Assembly (NCBI GenBank): GCA_964270895.1
Contig: OZ185443.1
Source: Podarcis filfolensis
Taxonomy: Eukaryota
Strand: one strand, 5' to 3'
DNA length: 64,000 bases
Below the pieces are notes generated by a model. The model worked only from the letters and a program-made list of their open reading frames with translations. It made no database searches and was not told the DNA's origin. The position numbers and the translations under genes are program-made. How positions within the stretch are numbered: position 1 is the first letter of the stretch; each line of letters opens with the position of its first letter. Below, piece after piece: positions 39,427 to 51,570 of this stretch.

Positions 39427-40141
39427 TATACCCCGCCCTCCCCAGCCAAGGCCGGGCTCAGGGCGGCTAACCACCAATAATAAAATTGGCAGGGCTGGCT
39501 AGTCCATAGGTTGCAGCTGTCCCCCCACACTCTACAACTGGGAAACACCAAGTAAGAGTAAAACTTCCTCTCAGCTTAGCAAATACTTTCCAAGTATGCT
39601 CATGAAGCTAACCAGTCAAGGCTACCCACGAGAGCCAACCACTTTTTTAAAAAAGCCTCCCCTTATCAAGGGAATAATTTCCTTTGAAGATAGCATGACT
39701 GTGCAAGGACTTTCTCTAGTCTGGGCGCCACAACCTTTGTCCTATACAGGTCTTTACAGTCTTAGATGGTTACAGAATTAAATAAAGAGCACAGGAGTCT
39801 TTCTTCTTTTATCATATGTTAACCCTAGAACTAAAGACTGTGTCTTATTCATGTGGGTGGCAATATCTATGGGGGGACAAGGCAATTTCTTTTTTGTTGT
39901 GACCACTCCATGTTGTGAACTACTACTAGGGTCTAGAAAGAAGAATCAAATTAAATCGAGAAAGGGGAAGAAGGAAGAGGAAAGACGATTCAACCTAGAA
40001 AAATGCTATAGAAAAGGGAAGGTTCAGCAGGAATGGCTGTACTGCAACAAAACAGGCAAGAGGAGCCTTTCATATTTGTTATCAAGGAAAACTATGCTAA
40101 AAAAGCCAGCAAAGTGCACATGCTTATTTGTCTGTTGTTAC

Positions 40142-40216
40142 CTCCGTATTCTCTTCAAGCTGTAGCTGCCTGGCGACAGCCTCATCATCTAGTGTGGGGT
40201 CCCTGCTTTGTGACAG
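40142..40216 (-). CDS. RFC1: RFC1 exon 6
   Basis: gtgcag|CTG...GAG|gtaac; 75 nt; LSQSRDPTLDDEAVARQLQLEENTE. Confidence 0.9.
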
Positions 40217-41254
40217 CTGCACCGCAAAGAGAGAAGAATCACAGGGGAGCTCACAGTGAACCCATTACTTAGACAAGCATCATGGAATAATGAATGAGAA
40301 GGGAAATCATAAAGCCTCAACCTAAATGCCTGTGCTTAAAACAAGAAGCAAGTGGAACAGGAATTGTACAGGGAGGAAATCTAATTCTAGGTGATAAAGA
40401 TGTTTTCAAAGCAACATTTCAGAGAACCCAGTGGCAAGAATATTGATCACATATTTTAGTGTGCCGGCATATTGATTCTGGACATTTGTCACATTTTATT
40501 GCACAACCATGCCACGTTCCATAGGCAGAAACCAAAAAGCTAGGCACAGACAAGGAAGTGAGAATTAAGGGCTTTGCTTTCCTCTTCTTCCTGACTGGCA
40601 CAGACTCAAACCGCATGGCACTTCAACACTCAGAACTCCCCACACAACTTATGTTTTGCATTCCTTGCCCCAATCTGAATTGGCCTTGTATCAACATGAG
40701 TGTAAAGAGAACAGATCTGGTCAGCTTGTCTTGAGATTTATGGTCAATGGTTGTCGGTAGCCGACACTGGTCAGAGACACACATTTAAAGCATTCTTGTA
40801 TCACTTTTAAAAGTCATGAAGGATCCTGGGAACTGTAGTTTATTAAGGGTGCTGGGAGGCCAGAATCCTTAACAAACTAGTTCACAGGTTTCTCCATGAT
40901 GGTTACAGTGCCATAAAAGCACTTTAAATGCATGATGTAGCTGTGACCATTGTTTCCTATTCCATTTCATGCATCTTAAATGACATAACCCACCTTCCTC
41001 ATCTCTTATTTGTATCATAATCTCTCTTCTTTTAAAACGGTTATTCTCTTTATATAGGGAGCAGTCGCCCGCATTTTCCTTAACTGGATATTACGTAGCA
41101 AACTGCCATTTCCAAAATCCACTTAAGGTGCTCTTCTCACACCCTAATAAAAGGAAGTCTAGATGACACACCAATAGTTTCTTCATGAAGTTCATGAACT
41201 TTTCTGCTCATAAGCACACATCAGCTAGAAGAGTCACCCTCTTGCATTACTCAC

Positions 41255-41487
41255 TTCTTTTCGTTTGCTTGACACCAGTTTCTTCTCTGATCGCTGAATG
41301 CTACCAGTTCCAAAGTAATCGATTACAGAGGTTGGTGTCAGTTTTACTGGAGATAGGGGTTTATTTTTCAGTTTTGGTTTGGGATCAGTCTTTGATGCTC
41401 CAGATGTCCCAAAACGAATAGCCACAGATGTCCCATTTTCCTTGGGTTTGGGAGCGACCTTCTTATTAACAAAGTCCTCTTCTTCAT
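41255..41487 (-). CDS. RFC1: RFC1 exon 5
   Basis: atgcag|AT...GAA|gtgagt; 233 nt; includes KNKPLSPVKLTPTSVIDYFGTGSIQRSEKKLVSSKRKE. Confidence 0.93.
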
Positions 41488-43053
41488 CTGCATGCCAAAA
41501 AAAGAAAAAAGAAAGAAAGATACTTAATTACTCCTCAGCACCAAAACACCAACCTGAAAGTAATGTTTCTTTACTATGGAAATATATATATTTAAAAAAT
41601 GCAAAGGGCCCAAGGTCTCAACCTGGTATTAGGGCTCTCTCAACCATTTCCCCCTCACAGAAAGAAAAATATTTTCTTGGGTATGGCCTTGGAAGATAGA
41701 CCCTATGCAAAAAAAGATGGAGATTATCTCCATCTATTTGCACAGGTGCTGCTTTTAGAGGCTGCACCCTGAAAAACTGCTGCACAAAGTGCATAACTCC
41801 ACTCTGCACAATGACCTGTGGTCCAAAGGGTCTTTGGTAGTGGATGGCTGTTGGGTCTCTAGCAGGGTTTATACCATATGCAGCCTTTCAAAACAGGGGT
41901 AAAAGGGGAAATCTTGTCTGCCACGCATTTAAATCTGGGTGCTTTCAATGTTCACATCTCCCCTGCAGAGACCTTGATCAAGGCCACAAAGCTCATTCCC
42001 AGGCCTGACCCCAACAACCTTTAGTGACATTTCAAGAACCAAGCTAATGTCCATATTGAACAGCTGTGTCTTTGGCAGCAATCATTTCTGTGCCGAAAAT
42101 GAAGCACAGCCCGTCCTGAACGTGGAGATCCTTCTTGTGACATTAAACCTCTTTGCTTGGTCATCACCCTGTTCTCAATGCTATGTGAGCAGGCCTTTTC
42201 CTCCAGAGATGCAAGAATTGCAAATTATATAACCCACTTATCTGAAGAGAAATGTTAAAACCCCGAGCTGCAATAAAAACATAAAACTGATCAACTGAAT
42301 CTGTTTAAATATTAGTCCCATTTTATTACTTCTCCAGAGAAATTAAAACAAACACGGACATGTCTTCATATCACAGCAACAGCCATCCTGGCTACTGCGT
42401 CTTGCTGCCCATACACTATGATCATAAAAATAGCACGTGTAATTCCTAATACAGTAACTTGTATTAAAACCACTGAACCAGCTTCCAGGGCAGAAGAGCC
42501 AGTGAATCCTTTGGTATATGAGAATCAGTAAGATTTTATTCTACTCTCTGTGAACTTTGCTTTCAGTGTTGCAGAACTTCCAGTTTCCAATAACCATCAG
42601 GGTCCTTCCTCAAAAATATTCCATGATCAGTACTGTTATGAAAATCTGATCTGGCAAATAGCAAGCAGTTTTGTTGAAAAACAAAGCTACCCACCAACTC
42701 CGGAGACACAAAACCAAACTGACTAAGGAAATGCCAGAGCTCAACGGGGAAGAGGTAAAGAGGTGGGATGGATCTTTTGCTTTAAATCAGTGTCAATTAA
42801 TTTCCCAAGACACTCCAATGACAGAGGTTTGGTGGGATTACAAATTGTTTTCATGTGGATCTATGCCTTTCTCTATGGAAGTAAATGGAGATCTGCATTT
42901 TATTTTCAAAAATCCATGGTAGTAGCAAAGCCCACACTCACCAATGACTCTAAATGTAAAAAGGTTCTTGCTGGTGGGTGACACTGGTCCCATCTTAGTG
43001 TTCCCTGGTGATCCACGTTCTTTTTTCTAACACCACCCTATGATTCCCATTAT

Positions 43054-43583
43054 GTTTGTTTGTTTAGTCGTGTCCGACTCTTCGTGACCCCATGGACCAG
43101 AGCATGCCAGGCACTCCTGTCTTCCACTGCCTCCCGCAGTTTGGTCAAACTCATGCTGGTAGCTTCAAGAACACTGTCCAACCATCTCGTCCTCTGTCGT
43201 CCCCTTCTCCTTGTGCCCTCCATCTTTCCCAACATCAGGGTCTTTTCCAGGGAGTCTTCTCTTCTCATGAGGTAGCCAAAGTATTGGAGCCTCAGCTTCA
43301 GGATCTGTCCTTCCAGTGAGCACTCAGGGCTGATTTCCTTAAGAATGGAGAGGTTTGATCTTCTTGCAGTCTATGGGACTCTCAAGAGTCTCCTCCAGCA
43401 CCATAATTCAAAAGCATCAATTCTTTGGCAATCAGCCTTCTTTATGGTCCAGCTTTCACTTCCATACATCACTACTGGGAAAACCATAGCTTTTACTATG
43501 CGGACCTTTGTTGGCAGGGTGATGTCTCTACTTTTTAAGATGCTATCTAGGTTTGTCATTGGTTTTCTCCCAAGAAGCAGGCA
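43054..43583 (-). mobile_element. BovB (RTE) LINE, 5'-truncated
   Basis: LDSILKSRDITLPTKVRIVKAMVFPVVMYGSESWTIKK...IDAFELWCWRR; 12-bp TSD GATTCCCATTAT; near-identical to 1193-1567. Confidence 0.92.
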
Positions 43584-44407
43584 GATTCCCATTATAGCCA
43601 TCCCCAAACTGTAAAGCCTGCCTTTGCAAAAGAAATATTGTTGCTCTCTTGGCAGATATCATGCACTCAGAAGGGATAACAATGCCTGAAAAGTGCAGCC
43701 AAATCTGGCAGTAAACAAAAAAGTTATTGACTATTCATTTGCTTGTTAGCAAAAATAAAACTTCAGAGGTGCAACATATAAAAAGCCTTGGGCATATCTG
43801 CCCAGAGTTTGGAAGCTTGTAAATTTTATTCACTTCTGTTGAAAGGAAAACAATTATTGCCAGAACTAGATTCTCTATTATACTGAATGGGGACCAAGGA
43901 ACTTTGCTTTCAATCCTGAATGCTGAGCTGAGTTAGAAAAACACAGAGCAGCCAAAACAGATAAGGTTTATTTCCAAAGCTATTTATTCAATGTGGCAAA
44001 AGCTGGCAAAGCAGGTCCCTCCCAAACCTACAATTTTGACAGGTGGAGAGGGCCACCTACCTCTCAGTCACATGGCATCAGCATGATGTCAGATGACTGA
44101 CAGTGGGTGGCCCCACCCACTTATTACACTTGGCCTGCAGGGATAAAATAGATATTTGTATAGAAAAAATGGGTACATAAAGCATAGTAAAGTTTTGATA
44201 CAAGTGTACTTTATCAAACAAATCTGTCAAAACACTCAATTATTCATTAATGAACGGTCAAAAAAGCACTCGAAGAAAAACCACAGCCCTTGCAAATTAA
44301 AAGCCACTTATGAAACTGAGCAAGGTTCAGTGCAGCAATAAGAGGTCATCTTCTACAAACAACATTCAAGGTCCCATACTTAGCTAAACAGTGGTGCATG
44401 TGAGTTA

Positions 44408-45175
44408 GTGGAGGTGGAGAGGGTTGGTAGTTTTAAATACCTGGGCATTTATATCTCTGAGGACCTCTCATGGACTGCAAATATTAATATGGTTGTGAGG
44501 AAGGTGCAGGGGAGGTTGTATTTCCTGAGAATGCTCAGGGGACTGAATCTATCTCAGCACCTACTTCTGTCCTATTATCACAGTACCATCGAGAGTGTCT
44601 TAACCTATAGTGTATTATCGTGGTATGGGAGCAGCTCCGAAACGGATAAAAAAGCTTTACAGAGAATAATTAAAATTGCCCAGAATGTTATTGGGCTCCA
44701 ACTACCAACCCTGGATGAGATCTTCACGTCTCGCACTTTGAAGAAGTCACACAATATCCTGAGAGATCCCACCCATCCTGCTCACAACTTCTTTGAACTG
44801 TTGCCTTCGGGCAGAAGATATAGGACAATGAAAACACGAACCACACGCCTTCTGAATAGTTTCTATCCAAGAGCTCTGATTGCACTAAATAATGATCTCA
44901 GGGCCAGTTGCAAGAAATAGCAAGCAGGGAGTAGGAAGGAATGAGATAGGTTTTAGGTTATGTTATGCCTTTAAATAGGTTATGTTATATTCTGGATTAT
45001 GTTATGTTTTATAGATTATGTCTGAATAGGATGAGAGTGTTGGAGATACGTGTAAATGTGTATGTGAACCCGGTCTTTGGGGGGGTGTTTGATTTTCGTT
45101 GTTGTGTATACTGTGTATATACGGACAATGACAATAAATTTATCTAATCTAATCTAATCTAATCTAATCTAATCT
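44408..45175 (+). mobile_element. Rex1/Babar-like LINE, 5'-truncated, in RFC1 intron 4
   Basis: Uninterrupted 170-aa ORF (VERVGSFKYLG...HPAHNFFELLPSGRRYR...RLLNSFYP), AATAAA, (TCTAA)n tail; possible TSD TTAGTG. Confidence 0.8.
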
Positions 45176-48100
45176 TTAGTGAACACGCTCAAACATTTGG
45201 ATGTCTCCCAATATACTGGGCTAATTTACCAGAGACTAGTTAGAGACAGAAATATTTATAAAACCACTCTGCATATTCCCATCACTTGTGAGAGACATTG
45301 TGTTCTCCAAGAGACATTGTGTTCTGTCTTAGACAATCAATAACCTAAAAGGAAAAAGAGGCTGGTTTAACCAAACACAGTAATGATGAGAAGTGTTTCA
45401 TGAGGATTTAAATGATAAACCTAATGACCTGTATGGCACTTCCTACATTAAAGAGAGAATACAATTTTTCACGTGATCATCACACACTTTAGAATTTCAT
45501 CTCCAGGAAGCCAAGTTCAAGAGAAACTGAAATGGCACAGGCCAAGAAGACATTAATCTCATGTTTGCCTAACGATTTACAGAAAGTACTTTAGCTATAA
45601 TTCGGAAACTGACAAGCAACGTCATTCAACACAATAAACCATTTCAGATGCAAATAGCTCAAGGACCACCATTTATCTGCTTTCAGGACTGAATCCAAGC
45701 GGACAAGTTAAGAATGTCCTGACCTTGCCTATTAGATCAGATTTTTAAAAATCCACCTGTTTTCCACAACTAGTATTCAGAGGAACACTTCCTCTGAACT
45801 TAGAGGTGTCATACAACAACCATTTATAAACCTACTCTTCATAAATCCTCCAGAGCTTAGACTGTTTGGTTGTAAAAGAAAGAAAAAACTTCAAGTCAGG
45901 ATTGTGTGAAAAAATATTTATTTCTGCTGGAAACAGTGCCAAAAGGTACACCCAAAAGGATTATGGTGGGAAAATAAAAATAGCTTTAAAATTGAGTAGT
46001 ATTTTATCACTGCTTTCAAAATGCATGTTATTGGGCCAGAATGAATGAGATTGAAAGCAGGTAAAACAGTTTCCCATTTCTATAATATTGTACATATATC
46101 CAACACAGCAGAAGGAAAGGAATCAACAGTCTAAAAGACACAGCACCTTAGGTCAAATCCAAGTAATTTCTTTTTCTGCAAGGTGAGGAACAGAACAGCT
46201 CAGTAGATAGAGTCCATGCTCAACACATTCCTTTTTTCCTTGCGGGGAAAAAACTACAAAATCGTGCTTTGCACAATGGACGGCAGCAGAAATCATTTTA
46301 CTGCTGCCACTGCATGGTATTTTAAATGCAATGCTGCAATCAGTCTGCTTTAGCACCAGCACAGTGCTATTTTAATTTCTTTTCCTCTTCATTTGTATCA
46401 AGCTGTCTACAGCAGCAAAACACAAAGGACACTAAAAAGCTTCAACATTAATGGCACTAATGAGCCCACTGTTTCCTTTGGACAACATACCCCTCAGCAG
46501 AGCAACAGTCAAAGTCAAAAGAGAAATCTCCAAAAAGTTTAAGAACCAATACAACTGGGCTCCATGAATTCCTAAGGCTGAACCAATTAGCCAGAACCCC
46601 ATGAGCACTTAAGGAATTTGTATTTTCAGGAGTTAATTAGCTGATCGTGACAATTACAAGATTTTACAATACCCAGTAATTTGAGATACTCCAGTTGATG
46701 GTCCTAGAACCATGAAGTCTAGAGCTGGCCCAGAATGAAGCCAATAATAATAATTTGTATACCACCCTCCAGCCATAGATCTCAGGGCAGTTCACAACAC
46801 AAAAATACAAGATAAAACCCCCACAAAGTACATAATAAAAACAAGAACAAGAACAAACCAATAACCCACCCTCACCCCCAATATAATAGGTCTGGAAGAC
46901 CTAAACAATGCTTCAGATCTGCTCAGTCATGGAGTCTGTAGTGCTGTAAAGTGGTTAATATAGAAATCAATTATGCACTGCAATATCTTCTTTCATTTAT
47001 TTCAAGGCTGAGACATGCCTATTGACAGTTTCAGAGTAGCAACATCAATTGTCTGTAAAAAAAACTGCTGAGCCAGGGGACAGATCAACCATACACAGCT
47101 GATCAGTATGTGTTTCAAATTAAGTCGTTAACTCTAACTACAATCACTAGATAAGAACAACCTTGATGTGCAACCAAGACACTCCACAATTAACCTTGAC
47201 CAAATGTTTTCTGGCACGTCACATGCAGAAATCTTTAACTACACCACTCAGGTTACCTAATGCAGAACACCTCTGGTTGCCTTACTCCTGGGCACATCCC
47301 CAAGGACATTCTATAGATATATAGTTATAAACACACACAAGTCTAAAGAGAACATACATCATGAAAATTTCAAAACCCTTCAGTCCAAAGCTCAATGAGA
47401 ATGGAAATTAATTTTCAGTTTCAGTCATCAAAAATAGTCAGTTTTTCATCAACCTTATTATTCCCATTCCTGGTGCAGATTTATCCACCTGTCATTTAGC
47501 TTGTCTGACATTACACCCCAGAGTGTTTAACACTCATTCCAAAAAAGGGTGTTCTGCTAAAAATATAGAAAACTGCATGTTGTTACAAAACCATGCAGTT
47601 CTTTGTTTGAATAATTATACTAGAGCCATAAACAACCATTCAACCTGGTTTACTGTACAAAGTATAAAATGTTTTCATACTTAAAAAAATTAACCCTCTT
47701 TTAGACCACAAATGACCTAGACCCTATCCACCCTATGCATTTAAAGCATACTTTAAGCAATCATGGCTCTCACCAGAGAATCCTGGCAACTGAAGTTTGT
47801 TAAGAGTGCTGAGTACCCCATTCTCCTTACAGAGCTACAATTCCCATAGTTCCCAAGCAAGAGGGACTGACAGTTAAACCACTCTGCGAATTGTAGCTCT
47901 CTGTGGGGAATAGGGGTACCCCATCAACTCTATTAACAAACTACAGTACCCAGAATTTTTTGGGGGGTGGTCATGACTGCCACTGCTTTAAATGTAAAGT
48001 TTGAGAATTCTGGCATGTTTTGGTCACAGTCAATAATTTGAAAGAGAAAAATCTGTAAGTAAACAAACTGGGTATATGTTTCTTGGGCAGGTTAAAGTAC

Positions 48101-48232
48101 AATAATATCATAGTGTAGAGGCAAGTTTATTTTTGCATTGCTTCCATGAACTTTTAAAAGCCTTCTTTTTACATAAGCATTTTTAGTACAGCGCAAACCC
48201 CACATGAGCTGCCTTCAGGCTGAATTCATTAC

Positions 48233-48349
48233 CTGTCTCTGAAACATAAACAACAGGGTCCTTCTTTAGAATCACATCAGGTCTTGAAGACTGTTTTCTA
48301 TCTGGTGGCTTCTTAGATTTCTTCACCACCTGGACCTCCTCTTCAGAAT
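48233..48349 (-). CDS. RFC1: RFC1 exon 4
   Basis: ttgcag|AT...ACAG|gtaat; 117 nt; SEEEVQVVKKSKKPPDRKQSSRPDVILKKDPVVYVSET. Confidence 0.9.
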
Positions 48350-49165
48350 CTGCAATTTAGCACAGTGCTATCATTTAATTCTGCCATATCCATCTAAAGA
48401 GGAAAACATCCAAAGAAGAGAACAGCGATTCTGCATTCACTTGAGATTCTGACTAAAGCTCCCTTCTAATTCAGAGACAAGGAACCTCTGATCTGCAGGC
48501 CTAAGTAGGTCCAGCATAATCCCAACTTGCCCCACGAGGTCATTTTCCCAAATCACCTATGTGACATTAGGTGCAGGCCAGGACGTGACTCCAAAAGAGC
48601 AACTAGGAGCTTCAAGTGGGCTCCTAATGGTTGCTTTGCAAGCAGGTCCCACCAACTTGCCAAAATTGGCCCACAGGGATAGGAGAAATAACATATAGCA
48701 GGCCAGGTTTTGCATTTACATTGAAGCAAACTTGTGCAATTTCTTCACCCACAGAAGAAATATGCTTCAGCAAACAGTAAAAAAGAAATATCTAAGAAGC
48801 CTGTCACCTTTTTGTAGTGTTTTAACAGCCTTTAAGAACGATTCTACTCAGTCAGTTGATGGAGGTCCAGTCCACAAAAAAGCTGCACAAACTATTTGGA
48901 GTGAATTTGTTTATTTATTGTTTAAAAAATTAAATCTGAGTGCATGTAAGAAGTTGGTAACAGGGCTGAGAAAGACCTCTGCCCAAGGGCTTGGAGAGGC
49001 ATTGTCAGTTAAACTGGGCAATACTGGGCTGAATGGGACAACAGCCAAATATAATGCTCAGCTGTTCATATAAAAGAGGCAGCTATACAAGCCTAAGAAT
49101 GCAATCCTAACCATGTCTACTCAGAAGTAAATCCTACTGAATTCAGTGGAGCTTATTCCTAGGTA

Positions 49166-50784
49166 CAGTGAGGGGGGGAAAGTATTTGATCCCCTGCTAA
49201 ATTTGCCCATTTGCCCTCTGACGAAGAAATGACCAGTCCATAATTTTAATGGTAGGTTTATTGTAGTTGTGAGAGACAGAATAGCAACAGGAAAACCCCC
49301 AGAAACCAGAAGACAAAAGTCAGCGATTGATGTGCATTATAATGAGTTAAATAAATATCTGATCCCCTATCAAGCAGCCAGATATCAGGCTACCTGGTAT
49401 CTTCACTGTATGTAACGAGCTGAGATTAGAAGCACCTGCTGTAAGGGAGAGGTCTTACCTGTAATCCCAGCTCGTTACATTACCTGTACAAAAGACACCT
49501 GTCGACAGAAGCAATCAATCCAGCAGATTCCAAAGTACTGTAACCACCATGATCAAGACCAAAGAGCTGTCCAAGAATGTCAGGGACAAGACTGTAGACC
49601 GGCACAAGGCTGGACTGGGCTACAAGACTATTGCCAAGCAGCTTGGTGAGAAGGTGACAACGGTTGGTGCAATAATTCGCAAATGGAAGAAACACAAAAT
49701 AACTGTCAACCTCCCTTGGTCTGCGGCTCCATGCAAGATCTCATTTCGTGGAGTTGCAATGATCATGAGAACAGTGATGAAGCAGCCCAGAACCACATGG
49801 GGGAATTTGTCAATGATCTCAGAGCAGCTGGGACCATAGTCACCATGAAAACAGTTGGTAACACACTACGCCGTGAAGGACTGAGATCTTGCAGAGCCCG
49901 CAAGGTCCCCTTGCTCAAGACAGCACGTGTACAGACCTGTCTGCAGTTTGCCAATGCACATCTGAATTACCCAGAAGAGAACTGGGTGAAAGTGTTGTGG
50001 TCAGATGAGACCAAAATCAAGCTCTTTGGCATAAACTCAACTAGCCGTGTTTGGAGGAGGAATGCTGCCTATGACCCCAAGAACATCATCCCCACCGTCA
50101 AACATGGAGGGGAACATATTATGCTCTGGGGGTGTTTTTCTGCTAAGGGGACAGGACACCTTCACTGCATCAAAGGGACGATGGACGGGACCATGTATCG
50201 TCAAATCTTGGGTGAGCACCTCCTTCCCTCAGCCAGGGCACTGAAAATGGGTCGAGGATGGGTATTCCAGCATGACAATGATGCAAAACACACGGCCAAG
50301 GCAACAAAGGAGTGGCTCAAGAAGCAGCACATTAAGGTCCTGGAGTGGCCTAGCCAGTCTTCAGACCTTAATCCCATCAAAAATCTGTGGAGGGAGCTGA
50401 AGGTTCGAGTAGCTACACATCAGCCTCGAAATCTTGCTGACTTGGAGAGGATATGCAAAGAGGAGTGGGACAAAATACCTCCTGAGATGTGTGCAAACCT
50501 GGTGGTCACCTACAAGAAATGTCTGACCTCTGTAATTGCCAACAAGGGTCTTGCCACCAAGTACTAAGTCATCTTTTGCAAAGGGATCAAATACTTATTT
50601 CACTCATTATAATGCACATCTATCTCTGACTTTTGTCTTCTGGGTTTCCGGAGGTTTTTCCTGTTGTTATTCTGTCTCTCACAGCTACAATAGACCAGTC
50701 CATAATTTTAACGGTAGGTTATTTCTTCGTCAGAGGGCAAACAGGCAAACTTAGCAGGGGATCAAATACTTTTCCCCCTCACTG
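49166..50784 (+). mobile_element. Full-length Tc1-family (DD34E, IR/DR type) transposon, 1619 bp, in RFC1 intron 3
   Basis: TA|CAGTGAGGG...CCCTCACTG|TA; TIRs of about 203 bp (49166-49368, 50581-50784) with inner and outer direct repeats; transposase inside. Confidence 0.95.
49549..50567 (+). pseudogene. Inactivated Tc1 transposase
   Basis: [17 protein letters not shown] region; WSDETK, FQHDND, NPIKNLW (catalytic Glu replaced by Lys, 34-residue spacing kept); frameshift near 49800 splits it across ORFs 49549-49839 and 49683-50567. Confidence 0.93.
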
Positions 50785-51037
50785 TAAATGGGGTTAGGAT
50801 TACAGCCCTAAACATTAACTCTATGCTATGGAATAGCAATATTCACCATGTGACCTAAGGGTCGTAATAGATACCATCACTGTAGACACACATTTTGCCT
50901 AATTTATGACTGAAAATTATTTCATTTGGGAGACGACACGTGCCAAGATTTTGTAAGCCTCTCTCAAAAGAATCTCTAGCAGAGGAAAGTTATCTCAAAG
51001 ATGGAAAAAGCATAGCAACAGAAGTCATAACTCTTAC

Positions 51038-51113
51038 CTGAATCATAGATTATCCTCTTTTTCTTGTTCACCTGTTTGTGCCCAGAATCCTCTCCACGAG
51101 ATGAATTCTTCAC
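51038..51113 (-). CDS. RFC1: RFC1 exon 3
   Basis: ctag|GTG...TCAG|gtaag; 76 nt; VKNSSRGEDSGHKQVNKKKRIIYDS. Confidence 0.92.
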
Positions 51114-51441
51114 CTAGTTGAAATGGTTTGTTAGTTACTCATCCAAACAATTCTCCCAACATTAAATCTTGTTTACCAAGTACTACCTTAAGAGAGACAG
51201 CCCAATAAAGTTCATTGTTGGATCAAGGGACTGTCACATACATCAACAAATTAAAAACAAAAAGTGACATGAGATGGTCTCTGAATTCTGGAGTGATTTA
51301 TTTTTTTTAATGAAGGGTGATTCAAGCAATCATTGTCAAAGCCACAGGTAAACTAAGAACAGGAACACTAGCAAAGAAGTAAAGATAAAAGCATATGACA
51401 AAGCTGTAACAGGCCTATATATCTGAACAGCATATACCCAC

Positions 51442-51570
51442 CTTGATTTCCTTCAATTTTGACTTTTCACCTGAAGCCCCCTCCTTATTTTGGGGTTTCT
51501 CATTCTTTCTGGTAGTGTCACATTCTTGTTTATTTCTAGGAATTACTGCTCCAAAGAATTTCCGGATATC
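51442..51570 (-). CDS. RFC1: RFC1 exon 2
   Basis: ttag|GAT...AAG|gtggg; 129 nt; DIRKFFGAVIPRNK...KLKEIK (N-terminal MDIRKFF PCNA-interacting-like motif). Confidence 0.93.
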
